Positions 32,051-41,268 of a stretch of DNA of 64,000 bases are shown in pieces. A model generated the notes under the pieces. It worked only from the letters and a program-made list of their open reading frames with translations. It made no database searches and was not told the DNA's origin. The position numbers and the translations under genes were made by a program. Location: assembly GCA_026416115.1 (NCBI GenBank), contig JAOAFU010000080.1, positions 15,899 through 79,898 of the forward strand. Reading direction: 5' to 3'. Every line of letters starts with the position of its first letter. Positions within the stretch are counted from its first letter, which is position 1. The DNA comes from Bacteroidales bacterium. GTDB lineage: Bacteria; Bacteroidota; Bacteroidia; Bacteroidales; DTGW01.

Positions 32051-32881
32051 ATGGAAGTTTTTTATACCATAAATTCGTTGCGATATTATCTCGATCAAGT
32101 TGATAAAAAGGTTGGTTTTGTCCCTACTATGGGTGCGTTGCACGAAGGACATCTGTCGCTTGTGCGGTATTGTAAAGCCAACAATGATGTTACGGTGGTT
32201 AGCATCTTTGTTAATCCTACGCAATTTAACGACAAGGAAGATCTTGCTAATTATCCCCGAACATTAGAGAAAGATCTTCAAATGTTGCAAAAAGAAGGGG
32301 TTGATGTGGTATTTTGCCCTTCGGTAGATGAAATGTACCCCGAGCCCGATACACGAACATTCGATTTAGGCGGATTAGATAAAATGATGGAAGGAGCTTT
32401 CCGACCGGGGCATTTTAACGGCGTAGTACAAATTGTTACTAAACTTTTCGAGGTAGTACGACCTCAAACGGCTTACTTTGGCGAAAAAGATTTTCAACAA
32501 CTCACCATAATCCGCTATGTGGTAAATCAGTTGCAGATTCCGGTTCAGATTGTGTCTTGTCCAATTGTACGCGAACCCGACGGATTGGCTATGAGTTCCC
32601 GTAATCTGCTATTGGGCGAAAATGAGCGAAAAGCTGCACCACTAATTTCGCAAGTTTTGTTTAAAGCTAAAAACCTAAAGGGTAATTACTCTGTCGAAGA
32701 ATTGAAAAATTGGGTTATCAACCAAATTAATTCCAACCCATATCTAAAAGTGGAATATTTCGAAATTGTCGACGATGTTAGCTTACGTCCTGTTTCGAGA
32801 TGGGACGAACCTGTTGCTAAGGTAGGATGTATTGCTGTTAGGGCAGGAAAAATAAGGTTAATTGATAACGTAAGGTTTTAA
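32051..32881 (+). CDS. panC: Pantoate--beta-alanine ligase
   Basis: Motifs VPTMGALHEGHLSLV (HIGH-like), FVNPTQF, and GEKDFQQ. Confidence 0.93.
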   Translation: MEVFYTINSLRYYLDQVDKKVGFVPTMGALHEGHLSLVRYCKANNDVTVVSIFVNPTQFNDKEDLANYPRTLEKDLQMLQKEGVDVVFCPSVDEMYPEPDTRTFDLGGLDKMMEGAFRPGHFNGVVQIVTKLFEVVRPQTAYFGEKDFQQLTIIRYVVNQLQIPVQIVSCPIVREPDGLAMSSRNLLLGENERKAAPLISQVLFKAKNLKGNYSVEELKNWVINQINSNPYLKVEYFEIVDDVSLRPVSRWDEPVAKVGCIAVRAGKIRLIDNVRF

Positions 32882-32971
32882 GCTTACCGTTGAAAACTTT
32901 TATAACATTACTTTATTGCTGCGCGAGACGGAAAGCAAGCCACTAAGTGATACCGAAGCTCTATGGTAAAT

Positions 32972-34090
32972 TTATATATACTCTTCGCCAAAATTTAGTT
33001 TTACATCATTCACATACTGTCTTATCATCTGTTCATTTTTAAGGCTACAGATGAGCAAAACATTGGAAGTATCGACTACAATATAATCGTCGAGTCCTTC
33101 AACTACTACACATTTGTCATTATCCGACCGGATGATATTTCGAGAGGAATTGTAAGTAAGAATTTTACGATGGCTAAGATGATTTCCATTCTCGTCTTTC
33201 TGCAGGTGCTCAAATATTGAACCCCAAGTTCCAAGATCGGACCAGCCAAAGTCTCCGCAGCGTACAAAAACATTATCGGCCATTTCCATTATTCCATAGT
33301 CGATCGAAATATTTTTGCAGCGGGGATAAATTTCATTAATATAATTAGCTTCGTTAATAGTATTGAGCAGACTCTTACCTTCGGTGAACAGATTGAAAAT
33401 GTCGGGCAGATATTTCTGAAAAGCTCGTGAAATACTCTCGAGCGACCAGAAAAATAGTCCCGAATTCCAGAAAAACTCACCACTTTCGACAAATACCTTT
33501 GCCATTTCGTAGTCGGGTTTTTCGGTAAATGTTTTCACTTTTTTCAAGTTTGGGTTTGCTGCAAGGAAAGATTTCACCTCATCGGTTTTACTGTTTTTCT
33601 CAGTATCGATTTGGATGTAACCATAGCCAGTCTCCGGTCGGTTTGGGCGGATACCAACGGTAAACAGCCCATCAATTTTTGTTGTTGCTTCGAGGATTTC
33701 TTTAGCAATATTTAAAAAGGTATCCTCATCAACAATACGATGGTCGGAAGGTGCTACGACCATTGAAGCAGCCGAGTTCTGAAGAGCAATTTTAGATACG
33801 GCATATGCTATGCATGGTGCAGTGTTACGTCGAAACGGCTCGAGTAGGATGTTAGAAGGCAAGAGCTCGGGCAATTGTTCGCGTACAATGCTTTCATATC
33901 TTGCATTCGTCACCACTAGTATGTTGTCGGTAGGAATTATTTTCGAAAAGCGATCGAAAGTCTGTTGTAATAATGTGCGTCCGGTATTGAGGATGTCGAG
34001 AAATTGTTTTGGATGCGATTCTCTGCTAAAAGGCCAGAAACGACTTCCAACTCCTCCGGCCATTATTACACAATAGTAGTTTTTGTTCAT
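32972..34090 (-). CDS. Mannose-1-phosphate guanylyltransferase (nucleotidyltransferase domain only, no isomerase domain)
   Basis: N-terminus YCVIMAGGVGSRFWPFSRESHPKQFLD is a typical sugar-phosphate nucleotidyltransferase start. Length ~370 aa. Confidence 0.8.
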   Translation of the reverse strand: MNKNYYCVIMAGGVGSRFWPFSRESHPKQFLDILNTGRTLLQQTFDRFSKIIPTDNILVVTNARYESIVREQLPELLPSNILLEPFRRNTAPCIAYAVSKIALQNSAASMVVAPSDHRIVDEDTFLNIAKEILEATTKIDGLFTVGIRPNRPETGYGYIQIDTEKNSKTDEVKSFLAANPNLKKVKTFTEKPDYEMAKVFVESGEFFWNSGLFFWSLESISRAFQKYLPDIFNLFTEGKSLLNTINEANYINEIYPRCKNISIDYGIMEMADNVFVRCGDFGWSDLGTWGSIFEHLQKDENGNHLSHRKILTYNSSRNIIRSDNDKCVVVEGLDDYIVVDTSNVLLICSLKNEQMIRQYVNDVKLNFGEEYI

Positions 34091-34232
34091 AATAATTTAC
34101 TATTCGGTTGATGCAAAAGTTCAATTTTAGCATAAAAGTTTCGAAGGGCGAAGTTAGAAAATATTTGTACAAATTGGAAACGTCATATTTTTTTCGTGTT
34201 CTTAGAAAGTAGTGATCAAAGATGATATTTGT

Positions 34233-34832
34233 TTATGGTTTTATCAATCCCTGCGAAATGGCAAAAATAGTTAATCCAGATACAGTTTTTATACCTGTTT
34301 TTTGGGTAATATTTTTTCGATGGGTTATAACCGTATTTACGCTAATATTGAGTATATCAGCTATTTCCTTATTCGATAGACCCGAAGCAAGATGTTGAAG
34401 AACTTCTGTTTCGCGGTCACTAAGTACCGACGTAGGCTCGTATGAGAGTGCACTTTCTGCCTTCTCATGCAATTTTTTTAGTTTGTTTACGATATTTTCC
34501 GAATTGTCGTATAAAAGTATTGTATCGTGGAACAGACCGCTTATTTGAGAGTCGAAATATATCGATTGTATAGCTATCCATGTAACCCCCGGGCATCGCT
34601 CTTTGATGTCGGAAAAAAGCCTTACTCTGTTTATTATAAGCAGTGGGCTTATAATTGCAAGTGAAAATTTTTTTCTCAAATGATATTCGGCAATTTCTTC
34701 CAACTCATTAAAATAAAAAGCCTCGTATCGAAGCTGGGATTTAATAAGCATAGATCTCAATCCTTCACGCAATATCTCTGAAGGTTCGGCTATTGCTATA
34801 ATTAATGGTTTATTGGCTTTTTCCTTTAACAT
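34233..34832 (-). CDS. LuxR-family transcriptional regulator with a degenerate (pseudo-)receiver domain
   Basis: C-terminal HTH LSDRETEVLQHLASGLSNKEIADILNISVNTVITHRKNI. The N-terminal ~120 aa is receiver-like in spacing, but by eye the acidic pocket (IAIAEPSE) and phospho-acceptor position (LAIISPLL) lack Asp. Confidence 0.7.
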   Translation of the reverse strand: MLKEKANKPLIIAIAEPSEILREGLRSMLIKSQLRYEAFYFNELEEIAEYHLRKKFSLAIISPLLIINRVRLFSDIKERCPGVTWIAIQSIYFDSQISGLFHDTILLYDNSENIVNKLKKLHEKAESALSYEPTSVLSDRETEVLQHLASGLSNKEIADILNISVNTVITHRKNITQKTGIKTVSGLTIFAISQGLIKP

Positions 34833-35541
34833 GTTTTTCCATTTGCGCTACCAGGGGAACCAGAACATGATCCTCGATTTTTGAGTGAATGGTTAGATCC
34901 GATTCTAATTCAAAAAGATGAGTAAGTAATCTGCGACGTGAGGATTGGTCGTCTTTTGCTGGCAAATATTTTATAAGCAGATTTTTTAAATCCGAAAGTT
35001 TTTCTTCAATATTGTCGTGGTGTTCGCGATACTCTTCAACAGAATATCCGTTGTCGGCATAAGCAGCGTTTTTTTCGTGTAAAGCCTTGTAAAGACGAGT
35101 AACGTAAGGAAATACGATTTCGTTTTCATATTTGAGATGCTCTACCACTTCGGCAAAGTACTCGTTGAAAAATTTTTCGACCAACACAATTTCTTCCTGA
35201 TTTGAACTACTTTTCATTTCTCGAATGAGCGCGAGAATTTGAGGATATTTTTCATCGGTAAAATATTGATGGTCGTTTTTTAAATATTGTAAAATCACCG
35301 GAATGTCTTCAAAAACCAAATTATTGGTAAATTCTTTAGAGGTACCACTGAATAAGCTTGCTAACGAGATAAACAAATCTACATTAATGCCATTTTCGGT
35401 ACAGAGTTTTACTACAGTTTTTTCTTTTAAAGGAAAAGCTATGCCAAAATGTTCGAGCATTAAAGCAAGGTAGGGATTTTCGAGCACTAAATCGGCGACT
35501 TTAGTGTCGGGCGAAATTTGAATATCACAGAAATGAAACAT
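34810..35541 (-). CDS. Hemerythrin-like di-iron protein (RIC/ScdA/YtfE-like architecture)
   Basis: The N-terminal ScdA_N-like segment (KVADLVLENPYLALMLEHFGI) is followed by His/Glu-rich helices (HQYF..E, VEHLKYENEIVFPY, EEYREHHDNIEEKL, HSKIEDHVLVPL) that resemble hemerythrin cation-binding motifs. It overlaps the downstream LuxR gene by 23 nt. Confidence 0.6.
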   Translation of the reverse strand: MFHFCDIQISPDTKVADLVLENPYLALMLEHFGIAFPLKEKTVVKLCTENGINVDLFISLASLFSGTSKEFTNNLVFEDIPVILQYLKNDHQYFTDEKYPQILALIREMKSSSNQEEIVLVEKFFNEYFAEVVEHLKYENEIVFPYVTRLYKALHEKNAAYADNGYSVEEYREHHDNIEEKLSDLKNLLIKYLPAKDDQSSRRRLLTHLFELESDLTIHSKIEDHVLVPLVAQMEKHVKGKSQ

Positions 35542-35810
35542 AAGCCACTTTTTTGTGAATAAAATAACAACACATTTTAAAAAATGTTTTTAATCATTTG
35601 CCACATAGTTTATCTAACAATGCTGATGACAATTTTTGTTAGTCATTTTTTCAAACAATTTGCCACGATGAAGCATATTGTTAAATTAATTTTTTCAAAT
35701 AGTAAAAAATTATCTATTTTTGTTTAATAATCAGAAACTTAATTTATAGCATAATTTGCTGGTATTTCCGTTTGTTAGATGAACAAAATACTCACAACTA
35801 AAGCATTTTT

Positions 35811-36680
35811 ATGGAAAAAAGAAAAGTAACGGTAAAACATTATCTTAACTATCGCGCAAAGGAAAGAACCTTTCAACGCGATAAATTTTTTCCATTATAC
35901 ATTCAAATCATAGTTAATGGGAAGAAAGCCCAGATTAAAAGTCGTATACAGGAATATCTTAAAATTTATCGAAGCGACATTGAAAGATTAACACAAAACA
36001 ATGCAGAATATTACAATCTTATCCTCGAAGGTTATTTTTCCGAACGTTTGCTCGATGCAATAGAAAAAAAACAAATATTCCCTTTATATCAGCTTTTGAA
36101 CGATGAGATTGCTGTTCTTAAACGTATTATCATCAGCATGCGTCCTTTCGACAATAAAGATTTTACATTATTTAACTTTGGATGGGAATATCAAATACAT
36201 ACAACCGAAATTACCAAAATCTTCGACAATAGTATAAAAGAGCAGTTCAAGAAAGAATTGCATCAGCTTTTTCTGCGCACTATCGATCAGGACGATAATC
36301 GCCAAATTTTCAAAATTGTAAACTTTTTCATTAATTATCTAAACTGGGGCAACTCGTTTAGCAGCATCTACGAGGCAGCTTCCGAAATCATGGCCGAGGA
36401 GATAAGGCTACTCGAAAATCTCATATCAAAGGAACTTTATACTTCAATAAAGGCCTATCTTGCTTATCTTGGCAAGGTAAATATTGTAAATCGACTCTTC
36501 GAACGGCGTCAGGAGGGGCGAATAACGACACTTTCCTATCTCGATTGGCAAACAGAAGTTAAAGATCAGGTGTATAAGGAATTTATTAGTTTAGTTGGGG
36601 AGCAAAAAGCTTTGGAGTATATACTGAGTCTTGATAGCATTTTACAACGCACAATAAAATCAGGCGTCACCACTTCCTAA
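35811..36680 (+). CDS. Hypothetical protein with an integrase Arm-type-like N-terminus and no recognisable catalytic domain
   Basis: N-terminus [42 protein letters not shown] resembles the Arm DNA-binding domain that opens Bacteroidota tyrosine integrases. The remaining ~230 aa is helical, with no R..HxxR..Y catalytic pattern seen. Confidence 0.4.
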   Translation: MEKRKVTVKHYLNYRAKERTFQRDKFFPLYIQIIVNGKKAQIKSRIQEYLKIYRSDIERLTQNNAEYYNLILEGYFSERLLDAIEKKQIFPLYQLLNDEIAVLKRIIISMRPFDNKDFTLFNFGWEYQIHTTEITKIFDNSIKEQFKKELHQLFLRTIDQDDNRQIFKIVNFFINYLNWGNSFSSIYEAASEIMAEEIRLLENLISKELYTSIKAYLAYLGKVNIVNRLFERRQEGRITTLSYLDWQTEVKDQVYKEFISLVGEQKALEYILSLDSILQRTIKSGVTTS

Positions 36681-36713
36681 TTTTCTTCTTTTTTCGAATT
36701 GAGGGGAAAAAAC

Positions 36714-36721
36714 TAACTTTG
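36714..36721 (+). promoter_or_regulatory. Bacteroidota -7 promoter box TAACTTTG upstream of cysS
   Basis: Exact TAnnTTTG match ending 18 nt before the ATG at 36740. Confidence 0.35.
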
Positions 36722-36739
36722 CACCAATTTTGTAGAAAA

Positions 36740-38215
36740 ATGGGATGGGAATTATTTTTATACAACTCACTCAGCCGAAAAAAGGAGAAGTTTGAGCCAA
36801 TTAATCCTCCACACGTTGGAATGTACGTATGTGGCCCTACAGTTTACGGCGATCCTCATTTAGGTCATGCGCGGCCAGCAATTACCTTCGATGTACTTTT
36901 TAGGTTATTACAGCATTTGGGCTATAAAGTACGCTATGTTCGAAATATCACCGATGTTGGACATTTAGAGAATGATGCCGATGAGGGTGAGGATAAAATC
37001 GAAAAAAAAGCTCGGATTGAGCAACTCGAACCGATGGAGGTTGTTCAATTTTATACTAACCGTTATCGTAAGTTTATGGAGGCCATGAATGTACTGCCTC
37101 CTAATATCGAACCTCAAGCTTCTGGCCATATTATCGAGCAGCAGCAATTGATTGACAGAATTCTTACGAACGGCTTTGCATATGAAAATGAGGGCTCAAT
37201 ATATTTTGATGTTGTAAAATACCACCAGCAACATCACTATGGCAAACTTTCGGGACGTGTCCTCGAAGAGCTTCAAAATCAAACACGTAGGCTCGAAGGA
37301 CAGGAATACAAAAGAAATCCTGTTGACTTTGCCCTATGGAAAAAGGCTACTCCAACTCATATCATGCGCTGGCCTTCGAAATGGGGCGAAGGATACCCTG
37401 GTTGGCATCTCGAATGCTCGGCTATGAGTTATAAGTACTTGGGAGAAAAGTTTGATATCCATGGGGGAGGCATGGACCTTATTTTCCCTCACCACGAGTG
37501 CGAAATTGCTCAAACTGTTGCTGCATTTGGACATGAGTCGGTAAAGTATTGGGTTCACAACAACCTTATTACTATCAATGGACAAAAAATGGGTAAGTCG
37601 TTGGGTAATTTTATTACCCTCGAGGAACTTTTTACTGGTAATCATCACTTACTCGAGCAGGCGTATAGTCCAATGACTATTCGGTTTTTTATTTTGACGG
37701 CTCACTACCGCAGTACGCTCGATTTCTCTAATCCAGCGCTTCAATCAGCCGCAAAAGCATTAAAACGTCTATTTAATGCAAAAAAACTTCTTGCAAATCT
37801 TCCAGTATCGACCAAAACTACTTTCGATCTTGAAGAATGGAAAACTAAGTGCTTCGAAGCAATTTGCGATGACCTAAATACAGCTTTGCTCATATCTCAT
37901 CTGATGGACCTTTCTCATTTTATTCATGCCGTTTACGATGGAAAGGCTACCATTACCGATAACGATAAAAAGGATGCTTCAAAATATTTTATGCTTTTTG
38001 TCGAGAATATTCTCGGACTCAAAGAAGAAGCACATACCGACAATCATACTTTGGAGATCGTCGGAAAATTGGTTGAAATGATTCAGCAAATACGTTTGCA
38101 AGCTAAAGCTAATAAGGATTATGAAACATCCGATCGTATACGACAGCAGCTTAGTGAAATAGGGATCGAGGTTCGTGATCGTAAAGACGGATATGAGTGG
38201 TCGATTAAAGAATAA
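36740..38215 (+). CDS. cysS: Cysteine--tRNA ligase
   Basis: HIGH region [17 protein letters not shown], zinc and active-site motifs WHLECS and FPHHECE, and the KMSKS variant KMGKS. The first ATG is at 36740; the track ORF uses TTG at 36719, which overlaps the predicted promoter box. Confidence 0.95.
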   Translation: MGWELFLYNSLSRKKEKFEPINPPHVGMYVCGPTVYGDPHLGHARPAITFDVLFRLLQHLGYKVRYVRNITDVGHLENDADEGEDKIEKKARIEQLEPMEVVQFYTNRYRKFMEAMNVLPPNIEPQASGHIIEQQQLIDRILTNGFAYENEGSIYFDVVKYHQQHHYGKLSGRVLEELQNQTRRLEGQEYKRNPVDFALWKKATPTHIMRWPSKWGEGYPGWHLECSAMSYKYLGEKFDIHGGGMDLIFPHHECEIAQTVAAFGHESVKYWVHNNLITINGQKMGKSLGNFITLEELFTGNHHLLEQAYSPMTIRFFILTAHYRSTLDFSNPALQSAAKALKRLFNAKKLLANLPVSTKTTFDLEEWKTKCFEAICDDLNTALLISHLMDLSHFIHAVYDGKATITDNDKKDASKYFMLFVENILGLKEEAHTDNHTLEIVGKLVEMIQQIRLQAKANKDYETSDRIRQQLSEIGIEVRDRKDGYEWSIKE

Positions 38216-38321
38216 TGAAAAATAGTGGACAATATTCGCTTTAAGCCAATTTTAAAAGGTAGAGTGAATGGTAAGTTCATATATTAAACAAAAGATTTAA
38301 TGTAGTACAATCTTGTAACTA

Positions 38322-38867
38322 ATGTCATTATTGAACCCTACTCATCCTGCAAATGTTTTTCGTTTTTGTCCACGTTGTGGTACCCGATCATTGGGTTATG
38401 ATAACGAAAAACGCTTTAATTGCTCTTCGTGTAATTTTGTATATTACCTCAATGCAGCTACAGCAGTGGCTGTTATCGTAAGATTACCCGATGGACAAAT
38501 TATTCTCACCCAACGTCGCTTCGAACCTGCAGCAGGTAAATATGACCTACCCGGCGGATTTGTCGACATGGGCGAACGTGCCGAGATAGCTGCTATACGC
38601 GAGGTTAAGGAAGAAATTAACATCGATCTTCGTGTCGAAAAGCTCGAATTTTTAGCCTCTTTCCCAAATACTTACGAGTATAAAGGCATATGTTATTATA
38701 CCTGCGACATTGCTTTTGTTGCCCATTACGACGGGCCTGCTATCTTTGAGGCAAATGACGATGTTCAGAAGGTAATGATAGTTCAACCCTCGCAAATAGA
38801 TTTTGACATAATTTCTTTTGATTCAATTCGCAACATTCTTCGATTGTATATCGAAAAGATCGGATAG
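38322..38867 (+). CDS. NUDIX hydrolase with an N-terminal zinc ribbon (NudC-like layout)
   Basis: Zinc ribbon CPRCGTRS...CSSCNF followed by the Nudix box GGFVDMGERAEIAAIREVKEEINI. Confidence 0.8.
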   Translation: MSLLNPTHPANVFRFCPRCGTRSLGYDNEKRFNCSSCNFVYYLNAATAVAVIVRLPDGQIILTQRRFEPAAGKYDLPGGFVDMGERAEIAAIREVKEEINIDLRVEKLEFLASFPNTYEYKGICYYTCDIAFVAHYDGPAIFEANDDVQKVMIVQPSQIDFDIISFDSIRNILRLYIEKIG

Positions 38868-38898
38868 AATTGTTTGTATATTTTAAAGGGGGATAGCA

Positions 38899-38930
38899 TT
38901 TGTTTGGTTACAAAAAAAATATTACATTTG
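38899..38930 (+). promoter_or_regulatory. Bacteroidota-type promoter for tRNA-His (-33 TTTG plus -7 TACATTTG)
   Basis: TTTG at 38899-38902, a 20-nt spacer, then TACATTTG at 38923-38930. The mature tRNA 5' end is at 38948. Confidence 0.5.
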
Positions 38931-38947
38931 CGCCGCTAAAACAACAT

Positions 38948-39022
38948 GGTGGATGTAGCTCAGTTGGTTAGAGTACCGGATTGTGGTTCCGAGGGTCGTG
39001 GGTTCGAGTCCCATCTTCCACC
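38948..39022 (+). tRNA. tRNA-His (anticodon GTG)
   Basis: Folded by hand. It has an extra G-1 opposite C73 (a His identity element), D-arm GCTC/GAGT, anticodon loop TTGTGGT and T-arm GTGGG-TTCGAGT-CCCAT. There is one U6-U67 mismatch in the acceptor stem, and CCA is not encoded. Confidence 0.9.
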
Positions 39023-39025
39023 CAA

Positions 39026-39060
39026 AAGCAGGCTGTAATTCAACAGCCTGCTTTTGTTTT
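39026..39060 (+). terminator. Rho-independent terminator after tRNA-His
   Basis: Perfect 10-bp stem AAGCAGGCTG/CAGCCTGCTT with an 8-nt loop, followed by TTGTTTT. Confidence 0.8.
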
Positions 39061-39839
39061 ATAGAACGAGGTTTTGTCTAAACCTTTCAAGCTATACGTT
39101 CCCAGAACCTAAAAGCTTATTTTTTGTATACTTCGTTCAAATCTATCTATTTACCATAAGGTTTTCTTAGTCAACTGCACTCAATTTCGATTGAAAAAAC
39201 CATTCATTGCGAACGTCATTAGATATTTCCCCTTTTGACAATTTTGGGGTTAATTATCCTGTCGACCTTCTAATCTAAAATGTATGTTTTTCCGTACAGA
39301 AGTTGGGGTAGGAGGGAGTTTTTACTTCCTTTCCACCATAAGTTAGCCCCTACAGGGAAAATATTTATTAGCTCCCTATTCGAGTTTTGTTTCTAAGAAA
39401 TCTTCGAGGATTAATTCAGATAATTCCAAAATTGACCCTGAAAACAAAGAATGAATAATTTCATTTTATCTTGTTTGGTGTGTGAATAATCCAAACGTTA
39501 TTGTTTTCTATTATAATCTTCTTGCAAAAAGAGAAACCTAGTTATTAATAGCATACATTATTTTCTAGTCAATATATCAAAATATTAATACGTATTTTTT
39601 CAAATAGCCGAGATTAATAATTTTTTCTGTTAAAAATTATGGGTTATTATCTTTTTGAAAACAAGCTTTTTCCAATGGTATTTTAGAGTAATTTTATTAG
39701 TTGATTCTATCTAATAAGAATTATGGATGGAAAAATCAAAGCAACTTTTTTAAAAAAATTCTATCAAAAGAATACAAGGTATTTAATATACAATTATATT
39801 AGTGAAAATATTACTAAAATCCTAAATCCTTATTATGGC

Positions 39840-40628
39840 ATGAGAAAGAGAATTCTAAGTTTAATGACTTTTTTGCTGCTAAGTGGGCTATTTGTAGAGG
39901 CTCAGGATGTGGCTAACCTATGGAAAAATAATTTTATCCTCGAGAGCGAGATGATTTACCCGCGTGTTACCCTATACGACGATATTGCCATACGTCAGAA
40001 CCCAATGAGCGATAGCTGGTCTTCGCACGACGATGGTTCTGTTTCGCTCTCATCGATGGGGGCAATGTTGGGCACCCGTTGGAAATTTTCGAACACGACA
40101 TCAAATTTTAGTTTTTCTTTTGGAGTTCGTTTTCGGGTCTTTTTTAACGAAATAACCGGAAAGTCTACTCGTAATGCCGATTATTATTATTTACGCTATT
40201 ATTCCAACAACGACGTAACTAAATTTGCCCGGACAAAACTAATAGATGAAGGGTTGTGGCTTCTGTCTATCCCTGTCGAAATGCACTATGTATTCTGGAA
40301 ACACGAATTTTTTGATGTTTTTACCACTTTGGGTTTCGAAGGGGGATACATTATGAATCGTTATCTGGACATAACTTTTCGCGATCAGTCAATGGATATA
40401 TACAAGAACGAAGTTACCCTATTACTTAAGCATCCAACAAATAGTTTATTTGGCTCGGCATATGGAACTATGGGGATTCAAATTGGAAATTCACGAAATA
40501 TAGTATTTGAATTATGCCCAGTAGGATTGTTTTTTAGTTCTAAATATTTTTATTTGAGCACTTCTTCACAATATTCCTCAGTTCGATTTTCAATTCATTT
40601 ACCCATTTCAAAAACTCAGCAACCATGA
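39840..40628 (+). CDS. Secreted hypothetical protein, possibly an outer-membrane beta-barrel
   Basis: Signal peptide MRKRILSLMTFLLLSGLFVEAQ at the internal ATG 39840; the track ORF starts 39 codons earlier with no signal. The rest is rich in alternating aromatic/polar beta-like segments. Confidence 0.45.
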   Translation: MRKRILSLMTFLLLSGLFVEAQDVANLWKNNFILESEMIYPRVTLYDDIAIRQNPMSDSWSSHDDGSVSLSSMGAMLGTRWKFSNTTSNFSFSFGVRFRVFFNEITGKSTRNADYYYLRYYSNNDVTKFARTKLIDEGLWLLSIPVEMHYVFWKHEFFDVFTTLGFEGGYIMNRYLDITFRDQSMDIYKNEVTLLLKHPTNSLFGSAYGTMGIQIGNSRNIVFELCPVGLFFSSKYFYLSTSSQYSSVRFSIHLPISKTQQP

Positions 40629-41212
40629 AAACCAAGATATTTGCTATAGTTTTATTTATTATTGGTTTGGTTTCTTGTTCCGAAACCGACGATTATAATC
40701 TGACAACCTCTATTTTTATCGAAGATCCTGAATGGCCCGGATTACCACAGTATTCCGAATGGGGTTACAATACTTTTGGCGCCTATATTGATAGAGTTGC
40801 TTTTACTTCTACAGATTACCAGATTCCGGGAAAAGTAATAATAAAGAATGATTCTCTTATGCTGGTTTTGAAAGGAAATTATAAGAATTCCGAGGCTACA
40901 ATGATTTTCAAGATGGTGGGCTATAGCTTTAACTCGTACTCCGAGCTTATAGCTTTGAACGGTGATACTATCGACTTTAAACGCGACTCATCCAAAATAG
41001 TATTTAATAACAATGAAATGGAAGTTATCGAGGGAAGAGTGATTTTTAAAAAAGTTCAGAGGTTATTTGTCGATGAACAAGAAGCTAAATGTATCGTTTC
41101 AGGCACATTTCAATTTAAGTACTATTTGGGGGTAGAACCTATAGCCGTCTCACAGGGAAGATTTGATCTGGGTATTGGGTATGATAATTTTTTTAATCTT
41201 AATGGAAAATAA
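40625..41212 (+). CDS. Lipoprotein of unknown function
   Basis: Lipobox MKTKIFAIVLFIIGLVSC. Its start overlaps the upstream stop (ATGA), indicating coupling. Confidence 0.55.
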   Translation: MKTKIFAIVLFIIGLVSCSETDDYNLTTSIFIEDPEWPGLPQYSEWGYNTFGAYIDRVAFTSTDYQIPGKVIIKNDSLMLVLKGNYKNSEATMIFKMVGYSFNSYSELIALNGDTIDFKRDSSKIVFNNNEMEVIEGRVIFKKVQRLFVDEQEAKCIVSGTFQFKYYLGVEPIAVSQGRFDLGIGYDNFFNLNGK

Positions 41213-41268
41213 AGCATTATGCTTGCATGAAGGCAATATCGATACTTCTTTGCAAGCTTTATAAATAA

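Noticed and set aside
38948-41268. Possible genomic island integrated at tRNA-His
   Set aside because: There is no integrase, excisionase, transposase or phage gene in this region. I could not spot a direct repeat of the tRNA 3' end downstream. Only the unusual spacer is reported, as a finding.
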